Virus record (IMG/VR): IMGVR_UViG_2681813232_000002
Direction: 5' to 3' (one strand)
Source of the DNA: a virus
Taxonomy: Duplodnaviria > Heunggongvirae > Uroviricota > Caudoviricetes
Length of the DNA stretch: 35,822 bases
The position numbers and the translations under genes were made by a program. Below are positions 1 through 13,565 of the stretch, piece after piece. Within the stretch, counting starts at the first letter, position 1, and the number at the start of each line of letters is the position of its first letter. Under the pieces are notes generated by a model. It was not told the DNA's origin and did not search any database. It saw nothing but the letters and a program-made list of their open reading frames with translations.

Positions 1-1
1 A

Positions 2-427
2 ATCACTGGCCCAAGTGGTAACGATGGTCTGGAAGGTGTCAGCTACATACCATACAAAGATATTGTTGGTGTATGGACTGTATGCCACGGACACACCGGA
101 AAAGACATCATGCTCGGTAAAACGTATACCGAAGCAGAATGCAAAGCCCTCCTGAATAAAGACCTTGCCACGGTCGCCAGACAAATTAACCCGTACATCA
201 AAGTCGATATACCGGAAACAACGCGCGGCGCTCTTTACTCGTTCGTCTACAACGTGGGTGCTGGCAATTTCAGAACATCGACGCTTCTTCGCAAAATAAA
301 CCAGGGCGATATCAAAGGCGCATGTGATCAGCTACGTCGCTGGACATACGCTGGAGGTAAGCAATGGAAAGGACTGATGACTCGCCGTGAGATTGAGCGT
401 GAAGTCTGTTTGTGGGGGAAACAATGA
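2..427 (+). CDS. R: Phage endolysin, T4-lysozyme-like (GH24) family; 5'-truncated by the window edge
   Basis: Frame is open from position 2 to the stop at 425-427. Translation (...[13 protein letters not shown]...RRINxGD-like...CLWGKQ) resembles P21/DLP12-type phage lysozymes. Stop overlaps the Rz start (ATGA). Confidence 0.85.
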   Translation: MTGPSGNDGLEGVSYIPYKDIVGVWTVCHGHTGKDIMLGKTYTEAECKALLNKDLATVARQINPYIKVDIPETTRGALYSFVYNVGAGNFRTSTLLRKINQGDIKGACDQLRRWTYAGGKQWKGLMTRREIEREVCLWGKQ

Positions 428-882
428 GCAGAGTAACCGCGATTATCTCCGCTCTGGTTATCTGCATCATCGTCTGCCTGTCATTGGCTGTTAATCATTA
501 CCGTGATAACGCAATCGCCTACAAGGAGCAGCGCGATAACAAGGCCAGTGAACTGGAGAAGGCGAACGCCACCATCGCTGACATGCGGAAGCGTCAACGT
601 GATGTAGCAGAACTCGACGCAAGATACACAAAGGAGCTTGCTGATGCTAACGCGACTATCGAAAGTCTCCGTGCTGATGTTTCTGCTGGGCGTAAGCGCC
701 TGCAAGTCGCCGCCACCTGTGCAAAGTCAACGACCGGAGCCAGCGGCATGGGCGATGGAGAAAGCCCAGGACTTACAGCAGATGCTGAACTCAATTATTA
801 CCGTCTCCGAAGTGGAATCGACAAGATAACCGCGCAGGTTAACTACCTGCAGGAATACATCAGGACGCAATGCCTGAAATAA
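424..882 (+). CDS. Rz: Rz, inner-membrane spanin (i-spanin)
   Basis: ATG at 424 overlaps the lysozyme stop. N-terminal hydrophobic anchor ([14 protein letters not shown]) then coiled-coil-like region. Position directly after the lysozyme and a nested Rz1 fit the lambda lysis cassette. Confidence 0.85.
   Translation: MSRVTAIISALVICIIVCLSLAVNHYRDNAIAYKEQRDNKASELEKANATIADMRKRQRDVAELDARYTKELADANATIESLRADVSAGRKRLQVAATCAKSTTGASGMGDGESPGLTADAELNYYRLRSGIDKITAQVNYLQEYIRTQCLK
644..829 (+). CDS. Rz1: Rz1, outer-membrane lipoprotein spanin (o-spanin), nested in the +1 frame of Rz
   Basis: SD AAGGAG at 631-636, then ATG 644. Signal peptide with lipobox (LLGVSAC) followed by a proline-rich segment ([13 protein letters not shown]), as in lambda Rz1. 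Confidence 0.75.
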   Translation: MLTRLSKVSVLMFLLGVSACKSPPPVQSQRPEPAAWAMEKAQDLQQMLNSIITVSEVESTR

Positions 883-913
883 TTTTTTTGCAAATCACAA
901 AGTCCATTTAATG

Positions 914-968
914 AGCCTCGCGATGCGGGGCTTTTTGCAATAAATGCGTACCGCAACGCATGTTTTTT
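914..968 (+). terminator. Two tandem hairpin plus T-run candidates downstream of Rz
   Basis: AGCCTCGC-GAT-GCGGGGCT followed by TTTTT (914-936); ATGCGT-ACCGCA-ACGCAT followed by GTTTTTT (944-968). Confidence 0.4.
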
Positions 969-1083
969 ACACCGAACCTGCCCCTTTGGAATGGGCCTTT
1001 GAGGATACCAGTTAGTGCTGGCGAGCCTCGGTGGGCTGGTTTCCTGTGCGGCAAAGGTTCATTTCAAAGAGTAGGTACACGCT

Positions 1084-1581
1084 ATGAAATCATTAACCCT
1101 CTTCAATCAACCAATTCGTATCGGTGAAGATGGCATGATCTGCCTCACTGATATGTGGAAAGCCAGTGGTAAAAGTGAATCTGAATCGCCTTACCACTAC
1201 CTGCGAAACAAGCAGACCAAAGAGTTCTTAGCCGAGCTGGAGAAAAACCACGAATCTGTGGTTTTTACTGAGCGCGGTGTACACGGTGGAACATATGGCG
1301 GGAAGTTTGTTGCTTACGATTATGCGGCTTGGTTAAACCCCGGATTTAAATATGCAGCCTATAAAGTCCTGGATGACTACTTCACCGGAGAACTTCAGCA
1401 TCGCAACAGCTTAAGTGCACAGCTCAATATGAAGTGTCATGAGTTTGATCAGAAAAAAGATATGGCGAGCTTCTGCGGACAAGGGCTGGCGGCATGGCGC
1501 TATACGAAGCCAGTGTTGGTCGCTGAGATTAACTCCCTGGCTAACCAGCTGCAGATTACGATCCCCGGGCTTCCGGGATGA
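1084..1581 (+). CDS. KilA-N domain-like phage protein (accessory gene)
   Basis: 165-aa ORF. N-terminal pattern (FNQPIRI..EDG..CLTDMWKASGK) recalls KilA-N DNA-binding domains of phage and prophage proteins. Sits where lambda carries bor. Confidence 0.55.
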   Translation: MKSLTLFNQPIRIGEDGMICLTDMWKASGKSESESPYHYLRNKQTKEFLAELEKNHESVVFTERGVHGGTYGGKFVAYDYAAWLNPGFKYAAYKVLDDYFTGELQHRNSLSAQLNMKCHEFDQKKDMASFCGQGLAAWRYTKPVLVAEINSLANQLQITIPGLPG

Positions 1582-1835
1582 GTGATCGTGTCATTGAATG
1601 CGCCTCCAGAGCGGGGCGTGACTTCTCAGAGTTCATGAAAGGTGAGAAGGGCATGATGGAAGCATTGTCCTCGGTGGATGAGTTTGGCGAGCAGCTGCGC
1701 CTCAACGGCTGTGTCAATCATCACTTTGTTAGCTACATGATGCGGAACTCGATCATGCAGGCATTCATGGACATGGCAAAAGCCGAGAGGAAAGAAGAGC
1801 GCCGGCGTAAGCGAGCAGAAGCAAAAGCGAAGTAG
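1578..1835 (+). CDS. Hypothetical protein, start overlaps the preceding stop (ATGA)
   Basis: 85-aa ORF with a Lys/Arg/Glu-rich C-terminus; no family recognised. Confidence 0.45.
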   Translation: MSDRVIECASRAGRDFSEFMKGEKGMMEALSSVDEFGEQLRLNGCVNHHFVSYMMRNSIMQAFMDMAKAERKEERRRKRAEAKAK

Positions 1836-1911
1836 CCATTACAAAGCCTATCTACGGGTGGGCTTGATAATGGCTTATACCCTACACGGGATAACTTAAC
1901 TGATATCCCTT

Positions 1912-2076
1912 TTAAAGGATAAAGGTATTCAAGCCTGACACATCATGCGCTGTATCGTCGCCGTATTCCCGTATTAACAGAGACCGTAGCCCGACGGGGA
2001 ACTCCTTCTGCGCGAGTGTGTGGGAATAATCAAAAACGATGCACACCGGGGTTACCGGGTACACATATTTCATCAT
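1912..2076 (-). CDS. Possible small ORF (54 aa), hypothetical
   Basis: Found by hand on the minus strand (MMKYVYPVTPVCIVFDYSHTLAQKEFPVGLRSLLIREYGDDTAHDVSGLNTFIL); below the 60-aa cutoff of the ORF track; no clear SD. Confidence 0.2.
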   Translation of the reverse strand: MMKYVYPVTPVCIVFDYSHTLAQKEFPVGLRSLLIREYGDDTAHDVSGLNTFIL

Positions 2077-2121
2077 GCCAGCGAGTCCGGTTCTGGCACG
2101 GAAGAAACCGGACGTTATGAT

Positions 2122-2532
2122 TTAGTGCGGAAATATTTGTGTAGTGTTCTGAATGTTCTCAGTAAAGAGTAATGAATTATCAAAGGTATAGTAATACCTT
2201 TTGTTTTCGTGGATATTTGTAATCCATCTGAAAACCCCTGCAGTAGCAAGATTTTTCCTGTATTCGTAAAATGATAACTCTCCTGATTTGAATCCTTTTA
2301 AGGTGGCTTCTATAAGGCATTTATTTTTTGAAAATCTTACATTTACAACCTTACCCTGTCCTTTTATTAAAACCGTATTATCGTTTTCAAGAACAAGATG
2401 AATATTCTCTGTAGCTAAATAGTAAATGTAATGTGAGACATTGTGACGTTTTAGTTCAGAATAAAACCAGTGATAGTTTAAATTATTTCGCACTTTATCG
2501 AATATTTGTTTAAAAATGGCAACCTGAGCCAT
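2122..2532 (-). CDS. DUF1398-family protein (YbcV/YdfO-like prophage accessory protein)
   Basis: AT-rich ORF. Start placed at the internal Met (MAQVAIFK...), which has SD GGAAGG 7 nt upstream and gives 136 aa. Sequence ([16 protein letters not shown]...[24 protein letters not shown]) matches my recollection of E. coli DLP12 YbcV. Confidence 0.6.
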   Translation of the reverse strand: MAQVAIFKQIFDKVRNNLNYHWFYSELKRHNVSHYIYYLATENIHLVLENDNTVLIKGQGKVVNVRFSKNKCLIEATLKGFKSGELSFYEYRKNLATAGVFRWITNIHENKRYYYTFDNSLLFTENIQNTTQIFPH

Positions 2533-2588
2533 TGTAGTACCTTCCATGTGATATGAGGGGCGTAGTCTGCACGATTATCTAAATTGCT

Positions 2589-2822
2589 TCAATCTGGTCT
2601 GATCTGTTTTCTGAGCAATTCAGTAATGTCACTCTTTTCTTTGTTTGCTTCAGGAGAAACTCTTTTTTCTGAGCACAGTCTCCGGCGGCAGGCTTCAATG
2701 ACCCAGGCTGAGAAATTCCCGGACCCTTTTTGATCAAGAGCGATGTTAATTTGTTCAATCATTTGGTTAGGAAAGCGGATGTTGCGGATTGTTGTTCTGC
2801 GGGTTCTGTTCTTCGTTGACAT
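2589..2822 (-). CDS. Small basic protein, YlcI/DUF3950-like, possibly ribbon-helix-helix
   Basis: 77-aa ORF (MSTKNRTRRTTIRNIRFPNQMIEQINIALDQKGSGNFSAWVIEACRRRL...). Same gene-order context as ylcI next to ybcV in DLP12. Confidence 0.45.
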   Translation of the reverse strand: MSTKNRTRRTTIRNIRFPNQMIEQINIALDQKGSGNFSAWVIEACRRRLCSEKRVSPEANKEKSDITELLRKQIRPD

Positions 2823-2989
2823 GAGGTTGTCCCGTATTCAGTGTCGCTGATTTGTATTGTCTGAAGTTGTTTTTACGTTAAGTTGATGCAGATCAATTAA
2901 TATGATACCTGCGTCATAATTGATTATTTGACGTGGTTTGATGGCGTAGATGCACGTTGTGACATGCAGATGATAATTATTATCATTTT

Positions 2990-3210
2990 GCGGGTCCTTT
3001 CCGGCGATCCGACAGGTTACGGGGCGGCGACCTCGCGGGTTTTCGCTATTTATGAAAATTTTCCGGTTTAAGGCATTTCCGTTCTTCTTCGTCGTAACTT
3101 AATGTTTTTATTTAAAATACCCCCTGAAAAGAAAGGAAACGACAGGTGCTGAAAACGAGCTTTTTGGCCTCTGTCGTTTCCTTTCTCTGTTTTTGTCCGT
3201 GGAATGAGCA
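2990..3210 (+). other. cos: Lambda-type cos site: 12-nt cohesive end GGGCGGCGACCT at 3022-3033, flanked by cosQ/cosB-like sequence up to the Nu1 start
   Basis: ...CCGACAGGTTACG|GGGCGGCGACCTCGCGGGTTTTCGCTATTTATGAAAATTTTCCGG... matches the joined right and left ends of lambda as I recall them. Confidence 0.85.
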
Positions 3211-3730
3211 ATGGAAGTCAACAAAAAGCAGCTGGCTGACATTTTCGGTGCGAGTATCCGTACCATTCAGAACTGGCAGGAACAGGGAATGCCCGTTCTG
3301 CGAGGCGGTGGCAAGGGTAATGAGGTGCTTTATGACTCTGCCGCCGTCATAAAATGGTATGCCGAAAGGGATGCTGAAATTGAGAACGAAAAGCTGCGCC
3401 GGGAGGTTGAAGAACTGCGGCAGGCCAGCGAGACAGATCTCCAGCCAGGGACTATTGAGTACGAACGCCATCGACTTACGCGTGCGCAGGCCGACGCACA
3501 GGAGCTGAAAAATGCCAGAGACTCCGCTGAAGTGGTGGAAACCGCATTCTGTACTTTCGTGCTGTCGCGGATCGCAGGTGAAATTGCCAGTATTCTCGAC
3601 GGGATCCCCCTGTCGGTGCAGCGGCGTTTTCCGGAACTGGAAAACCGACATGTTGATTTCCTGAAACGGGATATCATCAAAGCCATGAACAAAGCAGCCG
3701 CGCTGGATGAACTGATACCGGGGTTGCTGA

Positions 3731-3756
<26 letters not shown>
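3211..3756 (+). CDS. nu1: Terminase small subunit
   Basis: 181 aa, MEVNKKQLADIFGASIRTIQNWQEQGMPVL...; essentially identical to recalled lambda gpNu1; lies just downstream of cos. Confidence 0.97.
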
Positions 3757-7437
<3,681 letters not shown>

Positions 7438-7457
<20 letters not shown>

Positions 7458-8757
7458 TCTCCCGCATATTGCCAGCATGGCTTTTAATGAGCCGCTGATG
7501 CTTGAACCCGCCTACGCGCGGGTTTTCTTTTGTGCGCTTGCAGGCCAGCTTGGGATCAGCCGCCTGACGGATGCAGTATCCGGCGACAGCCTGACTGCCG
7601 GAGAGGCACCCGCGGCGCTGGCGTTATCCGGTGATGATGACGGACCACGACAGGCCCGCAGTTATCAGGTCATGAACGGCATCGCCGTGCTGCCGGTGTC
7701 CGGTACGCTGGTCAGCCGGACGCGGGCGCTGCAGCCGTATTCGGGAATGACCGGTTACAACGGCATTATCGCCCGTCTGCAACAGGCTGCCAGCGATCCG
7801 ATGGTGGACGGCATTCTGCTGGATATGGACACACCGGGCGGGATGGTGGCGGGAGCATTTGACTGTGCTGACATCATCGCCCGTGTGCGTGACATAAAGC
7901 CGGTATGGGCGCTGGCCAATGACATGAACTGCAGCGCAGGTCAGCTGCTTGCCAGTGCCTCCTCCCGGCGTCTGGTCACGCAGACCGCCCGGACAGGCTC
8001 CATCGGCGTCATGATGGCTCACAGTAATTACGGCGCTGCGCTGGAGAAACAGGGCGTGGAAATCACGCTGATTTACAGCGGCAGCCATAAGGTGGATGGC
8101 AACCCCTACAGCCATCTACCGGATGATGTCCGGGAAACACTGCAGTCCCGGATGGATGCAACCCGCCGGATGTTTGCACAGAAGGTGTCGGCATATACCG
8201 GCCTGTCCGTGCAGGCTGTGCTGGATACCGAGGCTGCAGTGTACAGCGGTCAGGAGGCCATTGATGCCGGACTGGCTGATGAACTTGTGAACAGTACCGA
8301 TGCGATCACCGTCATGCGTGATGCACTGGATGCACGTAAATCCCGTCTCTCAGGAGGGCGAATGACCAAAGAGACTCAATCAACAACTGTTTCAGCCACT
8401 GCTTCGCAGGCTGACGTTACTGGCGTGGTGCAAGCGACGGAGGGCGAGAACGCCAGCGCTGCGCAGCCGGACGTGAACGCGCAGATCACCGCAGCGGTTG
8501 CGGCAGAAAACAGTCGCATTATGGGGATCCTCAACTGTGAGGAGGCTCACGGACGCGAAGAACAGGCATGCGTGTTGGCCGAAACCCCCGGTATGACCGT
8601 GGAAACGGCCCGCCGTATTCTGGCCGCAGCACCACAGAGTGCACAGGCGCGCAGTGACACTGCGCTGGATCGTCTGATGCAGGGGGCACCGGCACCGCTG
8701 GCTGCAGGTAACCCGGCATCTGATGCCGTTAACGATTTGCTGAACACACCAGTGTAA
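7438..8757 (+). CDS. C: Head maturation protease / scaffold C
   Basis: GTG start (VTAELRNLPHIASMAF...) overlapping the end of B; 439 codons, the lambda gpC length. The ORF track extends upstream (7303) but has no ATG there. Confidence 0.9.
8152..8757 (+). CDS. nu3: Scaffolding protein Nu3, nested in-frame in the 3' part of C
   Basis: In-frame internal ATG (MDATRRMFAQ...) at the offset I recall for lambda Nu3. Exact start is uncertain; another in-frame ATG with SD GGAGGG lies at 8362. Confidence 0.55.
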   Translation: MDATRRMFAQKVSAYTGLSVQAVLDTEAAVYSGQEAIDAGLADELVNSTDAITVMRDALDARKSRLSGGRMTKETQSTTVSATASQADVTGVVQATEGENASAAQPDVNAQITAAVAAENSRIMGILNCEEAHGREEQACVLAETPGMTVETARRILAAAPQSAQARSDTALDRLMQGAPAPLAAGNPASDAVNDLLNTPV

Positions 8758-8766
8758 GGGATGTTT

Positions 8767-9099
8767 ATGACGAGCAAAGAAACCTTTACCCATTACCAGC
8801 CGCTGGGCAACAGTGACCCGGCTCATACCGCAACCGCGCCCGGCGGATTGAGTGCGAAAGCGCCTGCAATGACCCCGCTGATGCTGGACACCTCCACCCG
8901 TAAGCTGGTTGCGTGGGATGGCACCACCGACGGTGCTGCCGTTGGCATTCTGGCGGTTGCTGCTGACCAGACCAGCACCAAGCTGACGTTCTACAAGTCC
9001 GGCACGTTCCGTTATGAGGATGTGCTCTGGCCGGAGGATGCCAGCGACGAGACGAAAAAACGGACCGCGTTTGCCGGAACGGCAATCAGCATCGTTTAA
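8767..9099 (+). CDS. D: Capsid decoration protein D
   Basis: 110 aa, [27 protein letters not shown]...; matches recalled lambda gpD. Confidence 0.95.
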   Translation: MTSKETFTHYQPLGNSDPAHTATAPGGLSAKAPAMTPLMLDTSTRKLVAWDGTTDGAAVGILAVAADQTSTKLTFYKSGTFRYEDVLWPEDASDETKKRTAFAGTAISIV

Positions 9100-9118
9100 C
9101 CTGACCCTTCATCACTAA

Positions 9119-9140
9119 AGGCCGCCTGTGCGGCTTTTTT
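9119..9140 (+). terminator. Hairpin plus T-run between D and E (attenuator or terminator-like)
   Basis: GCCGC-CTGT-GCGGC followed by TTTTTT. Confidence 0.4.
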
Positions 9141-9153
9141 ACGGGATTTTTTT

Positions 9154-10179
9154 ATGTCGATGTACACAACCGCCCAGCTGCTGGCGGCAAATGAGCAGAA
9201 ATTTAAGTTTGATCCGCTGTTTCTGCGTCTCTTTTTCCGTGAGAGCTATCCCTTCACCACGGAGAAAGTCTATCTCTCACAAATTCCTGGACTGGTAAAC
9301 ATGGCGCTGTACGTTTCGCCAATTGTTTCCGGTGAGGTTATCCGTTCCCGTGGCGGCTCCACCTCTGAATTTACGCCGGGTTATGTCAAGCCGAAGCATG
9401 AGGTGAATCCGCAGATGACCCTGCGTCGCCTGCCGGATGAAGATCCACAGAATCTGGCGGACCCGGCTTACCGCCGCCGTCGCATCATCCTGCAGAACAT
9501 GCGTGACGAAGAGCTGGCCATTGCTCAGGTCGAAGAGATGCAGGCAGTTTCTGCCGTGCTCAAGGGCAAATACACCATGACCGGTGAAGCCTTCGATCCG
9601 GTTGAGGTGGATATGGGCCGCAGTGCGGCGAACAACATCACGCAGTCCGGCGGCACGGAGTGGAGCAAGCGTGACAAGTCCACGTATGACCCGACCGACG
9701 ATATCGAAGCCTACGCGCTGAACGCCAGCGGCGTGGTGAATATCATCGTGTTTGATCCGAAAGGCTGGGCGCTGTTCCGTTCCTTCAAAGCCGTCAAGGA
9801 GAAGCTGGATACCCGTCGCGGCTCTAATTCCGAGCTGGAGACAGCGGTAAAAGACCTGGGCGAAGCGGTGTCCTATAAGGGGATGTATGGCGATACGGCG
9901 ATCGTCGTGTATTCCGGACAGTACGTGGAAAACGACGTCAAAAAGAACTTCCTGCCGGACAACACGATGGTGCTGGGGAACACTCAGGCACGCGGTCTGC
10001 GCACCTATGGCTGCATTCAGGATGCGGACGCACAGCGCGAAGGTATTAACGCCTCTGCCCGCTACCCGAAAAACTGGGTGACCACCGGCGATCCGGCGCG
10101 TGAGTTCACCATGATTCAGTCAGCACCGCTGATGCTGCTGGCTGATCCTGATGCGTTCGTGTCCGTACAACTGGCGTAA
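9154..10179 (+). CDS. E: Major capsid protein E
   Basis: 341 aa, MSMYTTAQLLAANEQKFKFDPLFLRLFFRESYPF...; matches recalled lambda gpE. Confidence 0.97.
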   Translation: MSMYTTAQLLAANEQKFKFDPLFLRLFFRESYPFTTEKVYLSQIPGLVNMALYVSPIVSGEVIRSRGGSTSEFTPGYVKPKHEVNPQMTLRRLPDEDPQNLADPAYRRRRIILQNMRDEELAIAQVEEMQAVSAVLKGKYTMTGEAFDPVEVDMGRSAANNITQSGGTEWSKRDKSTYDPTDDIEAYALNASGVVNIIVFDPKGWALFRSFKAVKEKLDTRRGSNSELETAVKDLGEAVSYKGMYGDTAIVVYSGQYVENDVKKNFLPDNTMVLGNTQARGLRTYGCIQDADAQREGINASARYPKNWVTTGDPAREFTMIQSAPLMLLADPDAFVSVQLA

Positions 10180-10181
10180 TC

Positions 10182-10204
10182 GTGGCCCTTCGGGGCCATT
10201 TTCT
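10182..10204 (+). terminator. Hairpin with partial T-run just after E
   Basis: GGCCC-TTCG-GGGCC followed by ATTTTCTCT. Confidence 0.3.
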
Positions 10205-10220
10205 CTCTGTGGAGGAGTCC

Positions 10221-10616
10221 ATGACGAAAGATGAACTGATTGCCCGTCTTCAGGTGCTGGGTGAGCAACTGAACCGTGATGTCAGCCTGACGGGGACGAA
10301 AGAAGAACTGGTGCTCCGTGTGGCAGAGCTGGAAGAGGAGCTTGATGACACGGATGACGCTGCCGGTCAGGACACATCTGTCAGCCCGGAAAATGCGCTG
10401 ACCGGACATGAAAATGAGGTGGTATCAGCGCAGCCGGATACCGTGACTGATACGGCTGCTCTGGTCACGGTCGTGGCACTGGTGACGCTGCATACTGATG
10501 CACTTCACGCCACGCGGGATGAGCCTGTGGCATTTGTGCTGCCGGGAACGGCGTTTCGTGTCTCTGCCGGTGTGGCAGCCGAAATGACAGAACATGGCCT
10601 GGCCAGAATGCAATAA
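10221..10616 (+). CDS. FI: DNA-packaging protein FI
   Basis: SD GGAGGAG then ATG at 10221 (MTKDELIARL...); 131 aa; matches recalled lambda gpFI. Confidence 0.9.
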   Translation: MTKDELIARLQVLGEQLNRDVSLTGTKEELVLRVAELEEELDDTDDAAGQDTSVSPENALTGHENEVVSAQPDTVTDTAALVTVVALVTLHTDALHATRDEPVAFVLPGTAFRVSAGVAAEMTEHGLARMQ

Positions 10617-10627
10617 CGGGAGGCGCT

Positions 10628-10981
10628 GTGGCTGATTCCGATAACCTGTTCGATGCTGCCATTGCCCGCGCCGATGAAACGATACGCGGGTACATGGGAA
10701 CGTCAGCCACCATGACATCCGGTGAGCTGTCCGGTGCTGTGATACGTGGTGTTTTTGATGACCCTGAAAATATCAGCTATGCCGGACAGGGGGTGCGCGT
10801 TGAAGGCTCCAGCCCGTCCCTGTTTGTCCGGACTGATGATGTGCGGCAGCTGCGGCGTGGAGACACACTGACCATCGGCGAGGAAAACTTCTGGGTGGAC
10901 CGGATTTCGCCGGATGATGGCGGAAGCTGTCATCTCTGGCTTGGGCGTGGCGTGCCGCCTGCCGTTAACCGTCGCCGCTGA
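10628..10981 (+). CDS. FII: Head-tail joining (head completion) protein FII
   Basis: GTG start after SD GGGAGG; 117 aa, MADSDNLFDAAIARADETIRGYMG...; matches recalled lambda gpFII. Confidence 0.9.
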   Translation: MADSDNLFDAAIARADETIRGYMGTSATMTSGELSGAVIRGVFDDPENISYAGQGVRVEGSSPSLFVRTDDVRQLRRGDTLTIGEENFWVDRISPDDGGSCHLWLGRGVPPAVNRRR

Positions 10982-10992
10982 AAGGGGGATGT

Positions 10993-11571
10993 ATGGCCAT
11001 AAAAGGTCTTGAGCAGGCCGTTGAAAACCTCAGCCGTATCAGCAAAACGGCGGTGCCTGGTGCCGCCGCAATGGCCATTAACCGCGTTGCGTCATCCGCG
11101 ATATCGCAGTCTGCGTCACAGGTTGCCCGTGAGACAAAGGTACGCCGGAAACTGGTAAAGGAAAGGGCCAGGCTGAAAAGGGCCACGGTCAAAAATCCGC
11201 AGGCCAGAATCAGGGTTAACCGGGGGGATTTGCCCGTAATCAAGCTGGGTAACGCGCGGGTTGTCCTTTCGCGCCGCAGGCGTCGTAAAAAGGGGCAGCG
11301 TTCAGCCCTGAAAGGTGGCGGCAGTGTGCTTGTGGTGGGAAACCGTCGTATTCCCGGCACGTTTATTCAGCAACTGAAAAACGGCCGGTGGCATGTTATG
11401 CAGCGTGTGGCCGGGAAAAACCGTTACCCCATTGATGTAGTGAAAATCCCGATGGCGGTGCCGCTGACCACGGCGTTTAAACAGAATATTGAACGGATAC
11501 GGCGTGAACGTCTTCCGAAAGAGCTGGGCTATGCGCTGCAGCATCAACTGAGGATGGTAATAAAGCGATGA
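10993..11571 (+). CDS. Z: Tail completion protein Z
   Basis: 192 aa, MAIKGLEQAVENLSRISKTAVPG...; matches recalled lambda gpZ. Confidence 0.95.
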   Translation: MAIKGLEQAVENLSRISKTAVPGAAAMAINRVASSAISQSASQVARETKVRRKLVKERARLKRATVKNPQARIRVNRGDLPVIKLGNARVVLSRRRRRKKGQRSALKGGGSVLVVGNRRIPGTFIQQLKNGRWHVMQRVAGKNRYPIDVVKIPMAVPLTTAFKQNIERIRRERLPKELGYALQHQLRMVIKR

Positions 11572-11963
11572 AACATACTGAACTCCGTGCAGCCGTACTG
11601 GATGCACTGGAGAAGCATGACACCGGGGCGACGTTTTTTGATGGTCGCCCCGCTGTTTTTGATGAGGCGGATTTTCCGGCAGTTGCCGTTTATCTCACCG
11701 GCGCTGAATACACGGGCGAAGAGCTGGACAGCGATACCTGGCAGGCGGAGCTGCATATCGAAGTTTTCCTGCCTGCTCAGGTGCCGGATTCAGAGCTGGA
11801 TGCGTGGATGGAGTCCCGGATTTATCCGGTGATGAGCGATATCCCGGCACTGTCAGATTTGATCACCAGTATGGTGGCCAGCGGCTATGACTACCGGCGC
11901 GACGATGATGCGGGCCTGTGGAGTTCAGCCGATCTGACTTATGTCATTACCTATGAAATGTGA
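11568..11963 (+). CDS. U: Tail terminator protein U
   Basis: 131 aa, [26 protein letters not shown]...; matches recalled lambda gpU. Confidence 0.95.
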   Translation: MKHTELRAAVLDALEKHDTGATFFDGRPAVFDEADFPAVAVYLTGAEYTGEELDSDTWQAELHIEVFLPAQVPDSELDAWMESRIYPVMSDIPALSDLITSMVASGYDYRRDDDAGLWSSADLTYVITYEM

Positions 11964-11970
11964 GGACGCT

Positions 11971-12711
11971 ATGCCTGTACCAAATCCTACAATGCCGGTG
12001 AAAGGTGCCGGGACCACCCTGTGGGTTTATAAGGGGAGCGGTGACCCTTATGCGAATCCGCTTTCAGACGTTGACTGGTCGCGTCTGGCAAAAGTTAAAG
12101 ACCTGACGCCCGGCGAACTGACCGCTGAGTCCTATGACGACAGCTATCTCGATGATGAAGATGCAGACTGGACTGCGACCGGGCAGGGGCAGAAATCTGC
12201 CGGAGATACCAGCTTCACGCTGGCGTGGATGCCCGGAGAGCAGGGGCAGCAGGCGCTGCTGGCGTGGTTTAATGAAGGCGATACCCGTGCCTATAAAATC
12301 CGCTTCCCGAACGGCACGGTCGATGTGTTCCGTGGCTGGGTCAGCAGTATCGGTAAGGCGGTGACGGCGAAGGAAGTGATCACCCGCACGGTGAAAGTCA
12401 CCAATGTGGGACGTCCGTCGATGGCAGAAGATCGCAGCACGGTAACAGCGGCAACCGGTATGACCGTGACGCCAGCCAGCGCTTCCGTAGTGAAAGGGAA
12501 GAGCACCACGCTGACCGTGGCATTCCAGCCGGAAGGCGCAACCGACAAGAGCTTCCGTGCGGTGTCAGCGGATAAAACAAAAGCCACCGTGTCGGTCAGT
12601 GGTATGACCATCACCGTGAATGGCGTTGCTGCAGGTAAGGTCAACATTCCGGTCGTATCCGGTAATGGTGAGTTTGCTGCGGTTGCAGAAATCACCGTCA
12701 CCGCCAGTTAA
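11971..12711 (+). CDS. V: Major tail tube protein V
   Basis: ATG at 11971 ([22 protein letters not shown]...); 246 aa; C-terminal Ig-like region present. Confidence 0.95.
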   Translation: MPVPNPTMPVKGAGTTLWVYKGSGDPYANPLSDVDWSRLAKVKDLTPGELTAESYDDSYLDDEDADWTATGQGQKSAGDTSFTLAWMPGEQGQQALLAWFNEGDTRAYKIRFPNGTVDVFRGWVSSIGKAVTAKEVITRTVKVTNVGRPSMAEDRSTVTAATGMTVTPASASVVKGKSTTLTVAFQPEGATDKSFRAVSADKTKATVSVSGMTITVNGVAAGKVNIPVVSGNGEFAAVAEITVTAS

Positions 12712-12726
12712 TCCGGAGAGTCAGAG

Positions 12727-13149
12727 ATGTTCCTGAAAACCGAATCATTTGAACATAACGGCGTGACCGTCACGCTTTCTGAACTGTCAGCCCTGCAGCG
12801 TATTGAGCATCTCGCCCTGATGAAACGGCAGGCAGAACAGGCGGAGTCAGACAGCAACCGGCAGGTTACTGTGGAAGACGTCATCAGAACCGGTGCTTGT
12901 GTGGTGGCGATGTCCCTGTGGCATAACCATCCGAAGAAGACGCAGATGCCGTCCATGAATGAAGCCGTTAAACAGATTGAACAGGAAGTGCTTACCACCT
13001 GGCCCACAGAGGCAATTTCTCATGCTGAAAACGTGGTGTACCGGCTGTCCGGAATGTATGAGTTTGTTGTGAATAATACCCCTGAACAGACAGAGGACGC
13101 CGGGCCTGCAGAGCCTGTTTCTGCGGGAAAGTGTTCGACGGTGAGCTGA
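12727..13149 (+). CDS. G: Tail assembly chaperone G
   Basis: 140 aa, MFLKTESFEHNGVTVTLSELSALQRIEHLALMKRQ...; matches recalled lambda gpG. Confidence 0.95.
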   Translation: MFLKTESFEHNGVTVTLSELSALQRIEHLALMKRQAEQAESDSNRQVTVEDVIRTGACVVAMSLWHNHPKKTQMPSMNEAVKQIEQEVLTTWPTEAISHAENVVYRLSGMYEFVVNNTPEQTEDAGPAEPVSAGKCSTVS

Positions 13150-13565
13150 GTTTTGCCCTGAAACTGGCGCGTGAGATGGGGCGACCCGACTGGCGTGCCA
13201 TGCTTGCCGGGATGTCATCCACGGAGTATGCCGACTGGCACCGCTTTTACAGTACCCATTATTTTCATGATGTTCTGCTGGATATGCACTTTTCCGGGCT
13301 GACGTACACCGTGCTCAGCCTGTTTTTCAGCGATCCGGATATGCATCCGCTGGATTTCAGTTTGCTGAACCGGCGTGAGGCTGACGAAGAGCCTGAAGAT
13401 GATGTGCTGATGCAGAAAGCGGCAGGGCTTGCCGGAGGTGTCCGCTTTGGCCCGGACGGGAATGAAGTTATCCCCGCTTCCCCGGATGTGGCGGACATGA
13501 CGGAGGATGACGTAATGCTGATGACAGTATCAGAAGGGATCGCAGGAGGAGTCCGGTATGGCTGA
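12727..13565 (+). CDS. T: Tail assembly chaperone G-T fusion, made by -1 frameshift at 13125-13131
   Basis: The T-frame ORF (13131-13565, ...LSFALKLAREMGRPDWRAMLAGMSSTEYADWHRFY...) has no independent start and overlaps G, as in lambda. Confidence 0.8.
13125..13131 (+). promoter_or_regulatory. Programmed -1 ribosomal frameshift slippery site GGGAAAG (G to G-T)
   Basis: G GGA AAG heptamer near the 3' end of G; the T frame is open from here to 13565. Confidence 0.8.

Noticed and set aside
3112-3692. Minus-strand ORFs of 179 and 120 aa overlapping cos and Nu1
   Set aside because: Overlap the well-supported Nu1 gene and the cos site; no independent support.
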